64,000 nucleotides of DNA, from NCBI GenBank assembly GCA_024231025.1, contig JAAEQW010000090.1, forward strand, positions 21,490-85,489, written 5' to 3'. Under the pieces are notes generated by a model. It did not search any database and was not told the DNA's origin. It saw only the letters and a program-made list of their open reading frames with translations. Every line of letters starts with the position of its first letter. Within the stretch, counting starts at the first letter, position 1. The DNA is from Candidatus Omnitrophota bacterium. GTDB taxonomy: Bacteria > Omnitrophota > Gorgyraeia > Duberdicusellales > 4484-171. Below are positions 26,561-36,844 of the stretch, piece by piece. The translations under genes were made by a program, and so were the position numbers.

Positions 26561-28626
26561 CCTAACCCCAACAACAAACCACCCTGATAAATAATAAAAG
26601 AAAACATCCAAGCAACAACGGTAGTATAGAATACCGCAAATATTGACCAACGCCAAGAGCCAGTTTCTCGTTTTATAACCGCAATCACAGCCGCACATGG
26701 CATATAAAGCAGGATAAAAACCATCAGCGAATAAACGCTAAGTTTAGTAAAAAGTTTCCTGCCTTCTTGATCAATAGCATTTTGCAATTTTACACGCAAA
26801 GCTTCTCCGGACTCATTGTCACCAACCGAATGGACTGTTCCCAAAGTAGCGATTATAACTTCTTTTGCGCCAAAGCCGCCGATTAATGCCACTGATGTTC
26901 TCCAATCAGCAAAACCCAGAGGCTCAAAAACGGGTGTTATGGCTTTGCCAATTTTACCGGCATAACTTTGTTCTAGCTGCTTTGATTTAATGTCATGATT
27001 GTGCGGAAAATTACTTAAAAACCAGATTGCAACACAAGCAACAAATATAATTGTTCCCGCTTTTTTCAAATAAGCCGAAACCATATCCCACACATGAATC
27101 AATAACCCTTTTAATGCTGGAAGTCGATAAGGCGGGAGCTCCATAACAAATGCATTAGCTTCTCCGCGAAACATATAATTACGAAATATTTTTGCCATTA
27201 TTATCGCTACAACTATTCCAATCAAATAAAGTGAAAACAAAACATTCCCAGCTGCTTCTTGTGAAAAAAACGCCGCAATGAACAATGTATACACAGGAAG
27301 ACGTGCACCACAACTCATAAAAGGATTAACCAAAATAGTAACTAATCGATCTCTCTTATCATTAATCGTGCGCGTTGCCATAATTGCCGGCACATTGCAA
27401 CCAAACCCTAAGAGCATCGGAATAACAGAACGCCCATGCAGCCCTAATTTATGCATGAAACCATCCATAATAAAGGCTGCTCTAGCCATATATCCCGAAT
27501 ACTCCAAAAAGCCCATTGCTAAAAACAATAAAAAAATTATTGGCACAAAAACTAAAACGCTTCCTACTCCACCAATTATTCCGTCAACTACCAAAGATTG
27601 AATTGCTCCCCCCACAGGCAAAAACTTTACTGCTAAGTTAGCTAAAAAATTTTGACCGTTTTCGATTAATGCTACCAGCGGCTCACTTAAAACAAAAGTA
27701 AACTTAAATACGGACCACATCAGGACCAAGAATATGGGCAAACCCACCACTCTATTGATAAGCAATTTATCAATTTGATCAGATGTGGTATGGCGCAATT
27801 CATAACTTCTAACAACAGCCTCAGAACATGCTCCGCTTATGTATCCATATCGTTTATCTGCAAATATAGCCTCTAAATCATCGCCAAACATCACTTTAAG
27901 ACGTTTAACGCTTTTGGCAATCACTGCCACAAGTTCATTGCTGCAGGAACCATTGATTGCCTTCTTGCTAACATCATCATCGCCTTCTAGTAGCTTAATC
28001 GCAAGCCAGCGCGATGAATATCTTTTAGCTAATCTATCATCTTTTCGTATAACTTCTTCTATCTTTTCTATCTCCTCTTGTATTTTAGAACCATACGTTA
28101 TAGTATAATCATTGCAAGCAGGCTTTTCCTTGAAAACTCTAATTACCTCATCAAGAAGTTCGTTCAAGCCTTTCTTTTTGTTAGCCGTCGTAGTAATAAT
28201 TACAGTACCCATAAGTTGAGAAAGCTTATCTAAGTCCATCACATCAACTTCTCTTTGCGCTAGATCGTACATATTAAAAGCTAAAATTAAAGATAAATTC
28301 AACTCCATGAGTTGGGTAGTAAGATATAAATTCCTTTCAAGGTTGGATGCATCAATAATGTTGACCACTACATCCGGTTTTTCATCAATTATGAAGTTAC
28401 GAGCAACAATCTCATCAATTGAATGCGCAGTTAAACTGTATATCCCCGGTAAATCGACTAATTTTATTTGATACCCCTTATATTTAAAAACGGCTTGTTC
28501 CTTTTCTACAGTTACTCCAGGATAATTACCAATGCGTTTGCGCGATCCAGTAAGGCTATTAAAAATGGTAGTTTTACCTGAGTTAGGATTACCCGCTAAA
28601 GCAACGGTTATTGTTTTATTAGACAT
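26557..28626 (-). CDS. feoB: Ferrous iron transporter FeoB
   Basis: GNPNSGKTT, GNYPGVTVE, DLPGIY, GFGCNVP, MSCGARLP, FVMELPPY. Confidence 0.97.
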   Translation of the reverse strand: MSNKTITVALAGNPNSGKTTIFNSLTGSRKRIGNYPGVTVEKEQAVFKYKGYQIKLVDLPGIYSLTAHSIDEIVARNFIIDEKPDVVVNIIDASNLERNLYLTTQLMELNLSLILAFNMYDLAQREVDVMDLDKLSQLMGTVIITTTANKKKGLNELLDEVIRVFKEKPACNDYTITYGSKIQEEIEKIEEVIRKDDRLAKRYSSRWLAIKLLEGDDDVSKKAINGSCSNELVAVIAKSVKRLKVMFGDDLEAIFADKRYGYISGACSEAVVRSYELRHTTSDQIDKLLINRVVGLPIFLVLMWSVFKFTFVLSEPLVALIENGQNFLANLAVKFLPVGGAIQSLVVDGIIGGVGSVLVFVPIIFLLFLAMGFLEYSGYMARAAFIMDGFMHKLGLHGRSVIPMLLGFGCNVPAIMATRTINDKRDRLVTILVNPFMSCGARLPVYTLFIAAFFSQEAAGNVLFSLYLIGIVVAIIMAKIFRNYMFRGEANAFVMELPPYRLPALKGLLIHVWDMVSAYLKKAGTIIFVACVAIWFLSNFPHNHDIKSKQLEQSYAGKIGKAITPVFEPLGFADWRTSVALIGGFGAKEVIIATLGTVHSVGDNESGEALRVKLQNAIDQEGRKLFTKLSVYSLMVFILLYMPCAAVIAVIKRETGSWRWSIFAVFYTTVVAWMFSFIIYQGGLLLGLG

Positions 28627-28855
28627 TTTTCACCAACACCTTCTGAGCCATCTTAAACCCAAGAGCAAGTCGTATGCTGCCAACCATAATCACGCATGGA
28701 CCACCCTTATGCGATTGCAAAACCTTAAATCTCACTCCTTCATTTAAGCCCATATCAGCAAGCCTACGCTTAGAAGTTTTACCTCCTGCGATAGACACAA
28801 AAACAACTTCCTTACCTATTGCGATATCAGCTAAAGTTAATATTTTTTCTTTCAT
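28619..28855 (-). CDS. feoA: FeoA
   Basis: RRLADMGL, GP, RLALG; directly upstream of feoB. Confidence 0.93.
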   Translation of the reverse strand: MKEKILTLADIAIGKEVVFVSIAGGKTSKRRLADMGLNEGVRFKVLQSHKGGPCVIMVGSIRLALGFKMAQKVLVKNV

Positions 28856-28867
28856 CTCATTTGTTTA

Positions 28868-29266
28868 TTAGAGCTGACCCATAGATTTTATAAACTCTGT
28901 AAGCTTATTAAATGTTTGCGGACTTATTGTATGTTCCATGCGACAAGCATCCTCGCTTGCGGTTTCAAAGTCAACACCCAAAATTTCATTTAGAAATTTA
29001 ATAAGCATATCATGGCGACATTTAACACTTTTGGCAAGCTTCTGCCCTTGTAAAGTAAGCTCAACGTAACCGTAACGTTCATGCACTACTAATCCGTTAC
29101 TAGAAAGTATCGCCAAGGCTCCGCTAACACTGGGAGTTTTAACCCTCATGAGACGGCTTATATCCTTAACCCGAACCACTCCTTTTTGTTCGCTCAATAA
29201 AGCGATCACTTCCAGATAATCTTCCATACTTGAGGTTATTTTTTTTTCTTTCATAATCTTAGGCAC
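28868..29266 (-). CDS. DtxR/MntR family metal-dependent repressor
   Basis: SMEDYL, VRVKDIS, PSV, RH, EDACRMEH. Confidence 0.93.
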   Translation of the reverse strand: MPKIMKEKKITSSMEDYLEVIALLSEQKGVVRVKDISRLMRVKTPSVSGALAILSSNGLVVHERYGYVELTLQGQKLAKSVKCRHDMLIKFLNEILGVDFETASEDACRMEHTISPQTFNKLTEFIKSMGQL

Positions 29267-29275
29267 ATCTTTCTT

Positions 29276-29293
29276 TGTTAGTTAAGCCTAACA
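29276..29293. promoter_or_regulatory. Putative DtxR-family operator
   Basis: TGTTAG-TTAAGC-CTAACA inverted repeat resembling the TTAGG...CCTAA DtxR/IdeR box, directly upstream of the repressor-feoAB operon. Confidence 0.65.
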
Positions 29294-29329
29294 TATTTAG
29301 TAAAAGATGTCAATTCATTCTCAAGGTGA

Positions 29330-29884
29330 TTAAGCCTTATTATTTAAGGAAAACATATTGCAGAAAAGATAGCCCTGCTCGATAGCATCTTCAAGGGCAA
29401 CGTGACTTTTTTTACACTTATCAAACCACTCTTTCGGCATTGTAGTTTTTGTGATTTGGTGAAATGGTTTTTTCATCATCGCCATTGCATAGCTCTTGAT
29501 ATCAAGAGCTACATAAGAAAATGGATTGCTGCCGGTAAACTTAATTAAGTACCAACTAATAAATGAAAAATCAAAAGATGCCGGATAACCCACAAATACC
29601 GGCGTTGCTCCTAGGCTGGTTAACCAATTAGAGTAATTTTGCATTGCTTTATTCGGCGGTTGCAAATTGCTGCGGCAAGCCTGCCACGCCTCAGCTTGCG
29701 TGCTCCACCACTGCATGGTGTCGTGGTCCTCTTTGGCAGAAGGTAAAGTTTCTAGATTTACACTAAATGTTGAGATTATTCTTTTATCAAGAGTAAATGC
29801 CGCCGAACCAAAACTAAGCATTGAATATTCGCCGGGGATAGGGCCATCTGACTCGACATCAGTACTTACATAAATTTCTTGCAT
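29330..29884 (-). CDS. DEDDh 3'-5' exoribonuclease (RNase AS/Rv2179c-like)
   Basis: [23 protein letters not shown]. Confidence 0.85.
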   Translation of the reverse strand: MQEIYVSTDVESDGPIPGEYSMLSFGSAAFTLDKRIISTFSVNLETLPSAKEDHDTMQWWSTQAEAWQACRSNLQPPNKAMQNYSNWLTSLGATPVFVGYPASFDFSFISWYLIKFTGSNPFSYVALDIKSYAMAMMKKPFHQITKTTMPKEWFDKCKKSHVALEDAIEQGYLFCNMFSLNNKA

Positions 29885-29886
29885 AT

Positions 29887-30333
29887 TTAATCAACACAGG
29901 GAAATTGCTCGTTGCATTCTTGAACGCAAACCTTAGGATTTTCAAAATAAGAAAAAGTACGCAACCCACTCTCTAAATCAAAATGTATTTTAACTGGCAC
30001 ACAGCTTGCGCAAACGAATTCAGATCTTTGCGCTTTTAGACTGCCCTTTTCTTTATATTCCTCTCCCGGCTCAGCAATAATCGGTATGATTTGCCCATCC
30101 ACGCAATTGTCTTTGATCTTAATATAAACTGGAGCCTTACCTATGTATTTGTAACCAATTTTAATAATTGCATCGCAGGTTGCATCAATTTCAAGCACCC
30201 CCGGAGCATACTCGGATACGATTTCAATAGATTCTGAAGCTAATTCGTCTGCGTCATAACAATTGCTTTGCGCAAAAACAGTTGATCCAATTAAAACCAA
30301 GCCGAAAATAGCTAATAATACATTCTTAAACAT
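29887..30333 (-). CDS. Secreted cysteine-rich hypothetical protein
   Basis: Signal peptide [21 protein letters not shown] after a GGAG RBS; multiple cysteines. Confidence 0.65.
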   Translation of the reverse strand: MFKNVLLAIFGLVLIGSTVFAQSNCYDADELASESIEIVSEYAPGVLEIDATCDAIIKIGYKYIGKAPVYIKIKDNCVDGQIIPIIAEPGEEYKEKGSLKAQRSEFVCASCVPVKIHFDLESGLRTFSYFENPKVCVQECNEQFPCVD

Positions 30334-30359
30334 AACCATCTCCAAATATAATTGAAAGA

Positions 30360-30632
30360 TTAAGTATTGTGTCCCGGAATTTTGGGAATTTTGCAATTGT
30401 TTTTGCAATTACCCTTTGTTAGCCCAGCCCCTTTGAACCACTCATCGATTTCCTCTTTTGACCAACCCATCTCTTGGGCAAAAAGCGCATAATATTTTTC
30501 TTTTGCATCATGTAATTTTCGAAAAGCACTTTTAAAGACAGGATCACCTGGGTCAGCACTATCGACTATCGCATCAACCTTATCCCTAAGTTCGATAAAA
30601 TCATTTAAAGCTTTTTGAGTAGCTTGCTTCAT
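30360..30632 (-). CDS. Hypothetical protein
   Basis: 90-aa ORF co-oriented in an operon after citrate synthase; AAGGA RBS. Confidence 0.6.
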   Translation of the reverse strand: MKQATQKALNDFIELRDKVDAIVDSADPGDPVFKSAFRKLHDAKEKYYALFAQEMGWSKEEIDEWFKGAGLTKGNCKNNCKIPKIPGHNT

Positions 30633-30648
30633 TTTGTTAAAATCCTTT

Positions 30649-32073
30649 TTACTTTTTCTTTAATTTTTTATCTTTTCCCGCCGATTGCTTATATTTTCGA
30701 TCAAAAGATCCAACATACATTGCTCGCGGACGAAATATACGATTATGTTTGAGATATTCCATAACTCTGGCGGTCCAACCAGCTGCCCGACTGACCGCAA
30801 AAATCGGTGTAAAAAAGTCAGGTGGAATACCTAGGCAAGAATAGACAATTCCCGAATAGAAATCAACATTAGGAAAAATCCCTTTTTTGGCGCCAAGTGT
30901 TGAAATAACTTCTTTCTCTAAAGCCTTGGCTATTGAAAGCATCGTTTTCGCTTGCGCATCGCCGCCTTCATTAACTAAGTGCTCTGCTAATGGACCTAGC
31001 ACCCTTGCCCGAGGATCATAAGCCCTGTAAACTCTGTGGCCAAAACCCATAATTTTCTTTTTCTTTGCACGAGCGTGTTTGTACCAAGATGCAACATTAG
31101 AAACAGAACCAATTTCTTCCAGCATTTTAAGAACTTCTTCATTAGCACCGCCATGAAGCGGCCCGCTTAAAGCAGCGATTCCGGAACCCATGGCAAGATA
31201 TATGTCAGATAATGTTGACGCAACAACCATTGTTGCAAAGGTACTTGCATTCATGCCATGATCAGCATGAAGAATTAACGCAACGTCCATAACCCGCTCT
31301 TCAACGGGAGTTGGTTTTTTACCGGTTATCATATAAATCAAATTTGCCGCATGGCTCAATTCTGGATCAAACGCAATCGGTAAAAACCCCTGACGGATTC
31401 TTGCAACTGCACCAGCAACCGAAGAAACACCTGAGATTAAATGATAGCACGCTGGATACCCTTCCGGAGGATGCAAATCTAGACCAGCATCTTTAGATTC
31501 TTTGACTCCTTTTTTAAATTCATATATAGCATGCTCTTCTCCCATGGGAATAGTTTCCATAGGAATGGAATCTTCATCAGCGCTAATAATTTTGGAACGA
31601 TCAGGTATGTAGTCTGGGCTATCGGCATAGGTGCACTCGTAACGCATAAAATTTGTTCCCGCACGTAAAGCCGCCATGGCACTCATTGTTCGAATCGGAA
31701 ACCCCATTAAAGTGCCAATGGTATTTGGTATATTGCGATATTCAATGAGCTTCTCATTAAAAGAGCTCAACTGCGGTTTCGTGGGAAGATTACCATGGAG
31801 AAGCAAATAGGAAACCTCTTCAAACGTGGAATAAGCGCATAAATCAAATATGTTATAACCTTGGTAGATTAATTCACCCTTGGACCCATTAACATATCCA
31901 ATTTTGCTTTCGCAAGCGATCGCGCCTTCAAGACCCGGACCGACCACGCAATCAACCGGCCATTTAACAGGCGCAGCGAATGCCGGTTCAATGTCACCCT
32001 TGGTTTCCTTGTGAGCCTTTTTCTCTGCATCAACAATAAGTTTGGTAATTTTCTTTGTTTTCACATGTTTCAT
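30649..32073 (-). CDS. gltA: Citrate synthase
   Basis: GLEG, LHADHGMNASTF, GPLHGGAN, MGFGHRVY..YDPRA, PNVDFYSG, RPR. Confidence 0.93.
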   Translation of the reverse strand: MKHVKTKKITKLIVDAEKKAHKETKGDIEPAFAAPVKWPVDCVVGPGLEGAIACESKIGYVNGSKGELIYQGYNIFDLCAYSTFEEVSYLLLHGNLPTKPQLSSFNEKLIEYRNIPNTIGTLMGFPIRTMSAMAALRAGTNFMRYECTYADSPDYIPDRSKIISADEDSIPMETIPMGEEHAIYEFKKGVKESKDAGLDLHPPEGYPACYHLISGVSSVAGAVARIRQGFLPIAFDPELSHAANLIYMITGKKPTPVEERVMDVALILHADHGMNASTFATMVVASTLSDIYLAMGSGIAALSGPLHGGANEEVLKMLEEIGSVSNVASWYKHARAKKKKIMGFGHRVYRAYDPRARVLGPLAEHLVNEGGDAQAKTMLSIAKALEKEVISTLGAKKGIFPNVDFYSGIVYSCLGIPPDFFTPIFAVSRAAGWTARVMEYLKHNRIFRPRAMYVGSFDRKYKQSAGKDKKLKKK

Positions 32074-32211
32074 AATTACATCTCCGCCTCAAATGCCAAC
32101 ACCATTACAAAGTAACATCCCCTTCTGGACTATTATATTAGTACAAAACACTTCCAGATGCAACCTATTTTAAATAGGATTACCGTAAAATCATTAGCGA
32201 ATGGCGATATT

Positions 32212-32595
32212 TTAGCGGCGATTAAGAACTTCTTCTATTTTTTGATGTAACTCCTCGGACCGAAAAGGTTTACGTATATAATCATCACTTGAAGATTTAA
32301 CACTATTTATAATGTCGGGGATACGCATCGCAGTACAAAAAATAACCGGTATATTCTTTGTAGTTTCTTTAGACTTAAGGCGACGATGCACCTCAAAACC
32401 ATCCAAATCAGGCATATTAATATCAAGCAGTATTATATCGGGTTTGCTTTTGGAAACTTTCGTTAAGGCTTCTCTGCCGCCAGAAGCTTCTTCAACTTCA
32501 AAATTTCTCCTGGCCAACATCAACCCCATCAACGACCTTACTTCATTTTCATCGTCAACAATTAAAATTTTGGAAACTTGTTGTTCTACATCCAT
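32212..32595 (-). CDS. Single-domain response regulator
   Basis: ILIVDDE, LLDINMP, KPF; start moved to MDVEQ after AAGGA. Confidence 0.9.
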   Translation of the reverse strand: MDVEQQVSKILIVDDENEVRSLMGLMLARRNFEVEEASGGREALTKVSKSKPDIILLDINMPDLDGFEVHRRLKSKETTKNIPVIFCTAMRIPDIINSVKSSSDDYIRKPFRSEELHQKIEEVLNRR

Positions 32596-32605
32596 GTTTT
32601 TCCTT

Positions 32606-32836
32606 TTATCTAATAGCAACCTCGGATTCCTGCATTTCTCGATAGGTATTTATAAGAAACTTCCTAAACTTCTGAAGACCATCATAAGTTAAGGCAGTAG
32701 TTATGCGATGTTTTCCCTTAACTGAGATAGTCAAGTGCCGGTTTATGTCGCGTCCTCCGGGGTAAACCATTAAAGGAATACAAATTGCTTCACTTTTTTC
32801 GTCTTCTAAATTTTCGGTTTTTGCTTTTTGCGACAA
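32606..32836 (-). CDS. Hypothetical protein
   Basis: 76-aa ORF with AGGAGAAGG RBS before a TTG start, in operon with the receiver gene. Confidence 0.55.
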   Translation of the reverse strand: MSQKAKTENLEDEKSEAICIPLMVYPGGRDINRHLTISVKGKHRITTALTYDGLQKFRKFLINTYREMQESEVAIR

Positions 32837-32978
32837 TGCCTTCTCCTGTTTAAATTAAGTATACACCCCAAACACACCACTATTATACTCACATCAATAT
32901 TTTTTTCAACAAAAAATTCAGAATAACTTCAAAAAATTAACCGCTACTTAATCTGCTGCGAAAAGATCAAAGAAATAT

Positions 32979-33380
32979 TCATTCATCTTCCTGCTTTTTT
33001 GGTAAGCTCTCACTTAAAACACGATGAATTTCTTCTAACAAATATTTCGGGTTAAACGGCTTCGTTACATACCCTTGAACTTTTAATTCTGATATTGCTT
33101 TTAGTCGATCATAGTATTCACCTTTGGCAGTAACCATAATAATCGGAATATGACCAGTAGCAAGAGTGGCTCTTAATTGCCGTCCGGCACTAAATCCGTC
33201 GGTTTCAGGCATGGCAACATCTAAAAGTATTAAATCCGGTTGCTGCTCTATAGCAAGTTTTATGCCAAGTTCCGCGTTTAGCGCACCAATAACTTCGTAA
33301 CCGTTAGCAACCAACCTTTCAGTTACTATTTTTTGAATATCATAACTATCATCAATGTATAAAATTTTTGCTTTAGCCAC
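32979..33380 (-). CDS. Single-domain response regulator
   Basis: ILYIDD, LLDVAMP, MVTA, KPF. Confidence 0.92.
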   Translation of the reverse strand: MAKAKILYIDDSYDIQKIVTERLVANGYEVIGALNAELGIKLAIEQQPDLILLDVAMPETDGFSAGRQLRATLATGHIPIIMVTAKGEYYDRLKAISELKVQGYVTKPFNPKYLLEEIHRVLSESLPKKQEDE

Positions 33381-33403
33381 GAATAAACTCCCGCTATAAA
33401 GTA

Positions 33404-33898
33404 TTACTTTATGTTTCTTATGGAATTCTGAGCAGTATCATGTTTGTTTTTTAAAAGATTTGATATAGTTTGATATGCTCGGTTTTCTTTCTGCATATTT
33501 TCCTGCTGCTTTTCGCCAATTAAATTTGGATATGGAACCGGCACAGGTGCTGGAGGTGTTTTGGGTGATGGCGTTTTACAAACATTAGGAGTTGAATCGG
33601 TCCCGCCAGATGAATCGTCAGATGAATCGCCTGAATCACCACCGCCTCCGGCAGATGCACCAGTCGTAAGTCCTCCAAGAAAAGATGTGTCCGGCTTAAA
33701 GCTATTTACATCAATCCCCTTAAAGGCTTCACTTGCATGCTCTGAAAGGTCAGTTAAATGTTCACTTTGCTGCGGGGGGTGTGAAGCATCTTCCTTTGAA
33801 GTGCTTTTCTTTAAGGAGCTTTTTATTTTGTCGTAAACACCAGCTGAAGCAGAATTAATAAAAAACACAGCCACAAACATTGTTAACAATAATTTCAT
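33404..33898 (-). CDS. Secreted low-complexity protein with a DUF4150/PAAR-like peptide and a needle-like C-terminus
   Basis: Signal peptide after a GGGAGG RBS; NVCKTPSP...PVPVPYPN; YQTISNLLKNKHDTAQNSIRNIK. Confidence 0.7.
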   Translation of the reverse strand: MKLLLTMFVAVFFINSASAGVYDKIKSSLKKSTSKEDASHPPQQSEHLTDLSEHASEAFKGIDVNSFKPDTSFLGGLTTGASAGGGGDSGDSSDDSSGGTDSTPNVCKTPSPKTPPAPVPVPYPNLIGEKQQENMQKENRAYQTISNLLKNKHDTAQNSIRNIK

Positions 33899-34018
33899 AT
33901 TTATAATCCTCCCTTCAACACCCATAGTATAACTTGCACCTAATTAAAATCAAGATTTTTCTCTCACAATAAACACTAACAAAATCAAAAAATTTTATAT
34001 TTTGCGTGATCCCAATGT

Positions 34019-34396
34019 TTACGGTTTAACCCATGTAATGTTTCGATAATGGTTAATACGTTTGAGCGTTTTATTGCAATCAAGCACAATACATACCGCA
34101 TCTATTCTGCACTGTTTGAGATAACCTTTCCAGGTAATATAAGCTTTTGCGTTCCAAATTAGCTTATTTATTTTTTTACGATTAAAAGACTCCTCAGGAG
34201 TACCAAACTGATCTCCAACTTTTGTTCGCACTTCAATAAAAACTAACACCCCTTTATGTCGAGCAATTAAATCGATTTCTGAATATTTAGTTCGGTGATT
34301 TTGTTCAATAACGCGGTATCCTTTTTTCTGCAGATATTTTTTGGCAAGTGCTTCTCCTTTACGACCAATTTCTAAATTTTCCTTTTTCACAAACAC
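34019..34396 (-). CDS. yraN: YraN family nuclease (UPF0102)
   Basis: GRKGE..A..YL, EIDLI, FIEVRT, RIDAV. Confidence 0.93.
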   Translation of the reverse strand: MFVKKENLEIGRKGEALAKKYLQKKGYRVIEQNHRTKYSEIDLIARHKGVLVFIEVRTKVGDQFGTPEESFNRKKINKLIWNAKAYITWKGYLKQCRIDAVCIVLDCNKTLKRINHYRNITWVKP

Positions 34397-34430
34397 CTTT
34401 TATTGCTAAGTAATTGTGTGTGACTTCATC

Positions 34431-35978
34431 CTAAAAATGAACATTCTCATTTTTTTCGCAAGAACGATATTGCAACGCTTCAGCCATGTGGGAAGCTGAT
34501 ATCTCTTTGACACCTTCTAAATCACTAATCGTTCGGGCAACTCTAATCATCTTATAGTAAGAACGTGCTGAAAGATTAAAATTGGCGCCAGCTTTAATAA
34601 GAATCTGGCTCACTTCCCTAGAAAGATAACAATATTTTTTAATCTGCTTATTGCCCATTTCAGCATTAGTGTATATTGTTTCGCTGCTAAAACGTTTTTG
34701 TTGTATTTTTCTTGCCATTATTATTCGCTCTCTTATTACTTTTGAAGACTCCAGAAAATCAGGCGCCTTATCATCACAAGAAAGTTCTTTAATATCTACT
34801 ACTGGCACCTCAACGCAAAGATCAATACGGTCTAAAATCGGACCAGAAATTTTTTTTCGATACCGTTCTATTTCTCGTTGCGTGCAAATGCAAGTTTTTT
34901 TAGGATGAAGCAAGTATCCACACGGACATGGATTAGCTGAAGCAATTAATGTAAAACGAGAAGGAAAAGTAGCTTTATCCCTACTGCGGCAAAGTGTAAT
35001 GCAGCCGTCTTCTAGTGGCTGTCTTAATGATTCTAAAGCTAGGCGAGAAAATTCATTGAACTCATCTAAAAAAAGTACTCCTCGATGGGCTAAACTAATC
35101 TCTCCAGGCTTTAGCCTACTTCCTCCGCCGATAAGACCGGCATTAGAAGTTGTGTGATGCGGCGTACAAAAAGGACGAGTTTTAATAACTGAGCCTTGCG
35201 GAGGAATGCGCCCAGAAGCAGAATAAATTTTGGTTACTTCTAGCGACTCTTTTTCACTCAATGAAGGTAAGATTCCAGGAAATGCCCGAGCCAACATTGT
35301 TTTGCCTGAGCCCGGACTTCCTATCATAAAAAGATTATGACCACCCCCAGCAGCAATCTCCATCGTTCTTTTAGTTTGTTCCTGACCCAAAACATCACTC
35401 ATATCAAATTCAGCTTCACTAACTTCTTCTTTGCTGTCATTCTCTTTATGTGTTACTGGTTTAAAATCAATTTGTTTACAAAAAAATAACACTAGCTGTG
35501 TAAGACTTTCTACAGGGTACACATTAACCCCTTTGATAATCGAAGCTTCGTTAGCTGAAGAGTGCGGAACAAATATGTTGTTGACTCCTCTTTCTTTGGC
35601 AAATAGTGCAAGCAGTAATGCACCTTTGGTATGACGCAGCGTTCCGTCTAAAGAAAGCTCACCAAAAAATAAACTTCTTTCTGGTAATTTACAACCTATA
35701 ACTGTTGCCAAAATTCCTACGGCAATCGGCAAATCATAAAATGACCCCTGTTTTGGTACATCTGCTGGAGCCAAGTTAACCACAATTCGTCTTTCTGGAA
35801 ATTTAATATCAGAGTTTATGATTGCAGTTCTCACTCTTTCTTTACTCTCGGCAACAGCTTTGGTTGGTAAACCTACAATCTCAAACGCAGGAAGCCCTCG
35901 CTGGGCAACATTTACCTCAACCTCCATTGCCACAGTATGAAGACCCAAATTTAAAGCTGACGCTACTTTTACTAACAT
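34431..35978 (-). CDS. comM: YifB/ComM Mg-chelatase-like AAA helicase
   Basis: VGLP, NLAPAD, GSPGSGKTMLA, PHH, PGEISLAHRGVLFLDE, NPCPCG, SGPILDRID. Confidence 0.95.
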   Translation of the reverse strand: MLVKVASALNLGLHTVAMEVEVNVAQRGLPAFEIVGLPTKAVAESKERVRTAIINSDIKFPERRIVVNLAPADVPKQGSFYDLPIAVGILATVIGCKLPERSLFFGELSLDGTLRHTKGALLLALFAKERGVNNIFVPHSSANEASIIKGVNVYPVESLTQLVLFFCKQIDFKPVTHKENDSKEEVSEAEFDMSDVLGQEQTKRTMEIAAGGGHNLFMIGSPGSGKTMLARAFPGILPSLSEKESLEVTKIYSASGRIPPQGSVIKTRPFCTPHHTTSNAGLIGGGSRLKPGEISLAHRGVLFLDEFNEFSRLALESLRQPLEDGCITLCRSRDKATFPSRFTLIASANPCPCGYLLHPKKTCICTQREIERYRKKISGPILDRIDLCVEVPVVDIKELSCDDKAPDFLESSKVIRERIIMARKIQQKRFSSETIYTNAEMGNKQIKKYCYLSREVSQILIKAGANFNLSARSYYKMIRVARTISDLEGVKEISASHMAEALQYRSCEKNENVHF

Positions 35979-36844
35979 ACTTTCTCCTGAATAAAATGGT
36001 ATTTATCTTTTTCTTTAGTCACTATACCTCGTAATTGCATAAGCGAAAGTGTGGCTCCTAAATCGGAAATTGAAATATTCACTAGACGAGATAGTGTGTC
36101 AATATCTTTTGGTTCTTGAGTCAATTTATCTATAATACCCCGTTCCAATTTATTTAAGCCTGCAGCTGAGAAACGATTCATCGAATATTCTTGATAGTTT
36201 AAGCCATAATTTACCAGTATGTCATTAGCATCGCTTGCTAGATCAGCTCCATTTTTAATAAGCTGTAAAGTGCCTTGCGAAAGTGAAGATGTAATCGGAC
36301 CGGGAACCGCCAATAGCTTGCGATTAAATTTTTTAGCCAGATCAGCAGTAATTAACGAACCGCTATCAAAACCGGCTTCAACAACTAATACCGCTTTTGA
36401 TAAACCAGCGACGATCCTATTTCTTTTCGGAAAAATCCAAAGCGCGGGAGGATGATTGGTTTCTAGCTCAGAAATAATGAGTCCGTTGGCTGCTATTATT
36501 TCCTCATACAGTTTTTTCTGATGACTAGGGTGAATCACATCAATACCACAGGGCATAACCGCAATAGTTTTGCCGCCAACTGAAAGCGCTGCTCGATGTG
36601 CTTGTGCATCAACCCCATACATAAATCCCGAAACAATGGTCACCCCCATTGAGGCAATCTTTGCTACTAATTCATTGGTAGCGCGTCGGCCATAGCCGGT
36701 CATCTGCCTTGCCCCGACTACTGCTAAACAATTTTTAAAAAGTTTGCTGTCCCATTTACCCTTGTAGTAGAGTTGTTGGGGTGGATCACTAATCTGCTTT
36801 AGCAAGCTGGGGTATCTTGAGCTGCTAATCTTTACTGTTTTCAT
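35972..36844 (-). CDS. dprA: DNA-processing protein DprA
   Basis: AVVGAR, IVSGFMYGVD, FPKRNRIVAGL, VVEA..SGSLITA, VPG. Confidence 0.96.
   Translation of the reverse strand: MKTVKISSSRYPSLLKQISDPPQQLYYKGKWDSKLFKNCLAVVGARQMTGYGRRATNELVAKIASMGVTIVSGFMYGVDAQAHRAALSVGGKTIAVMPCGIDVIHPSHQKKLYEEIIAANGLIISELETNHPPALWIFPKRNRIVAGLSKAVLVVEAGFDSGSLITADLAKKFNRKLLAVPGPITSSLSQGTLQLIKNGADLASDANDILVNYGLNYQEYSMNRFSAAGLNKLERGIIDKLTQEPKDIDTLSRLVNISISDLGATLSLMQLRGIVTKEKDKYHFIQEKVC

Noticed and set aside
26561-26698. Cys-rich N-terminal extension of the amidase ORF
   Set aside because: It overlaps feoB in another frame; the real start is ATG 26560, which gives a lipoprotein signal
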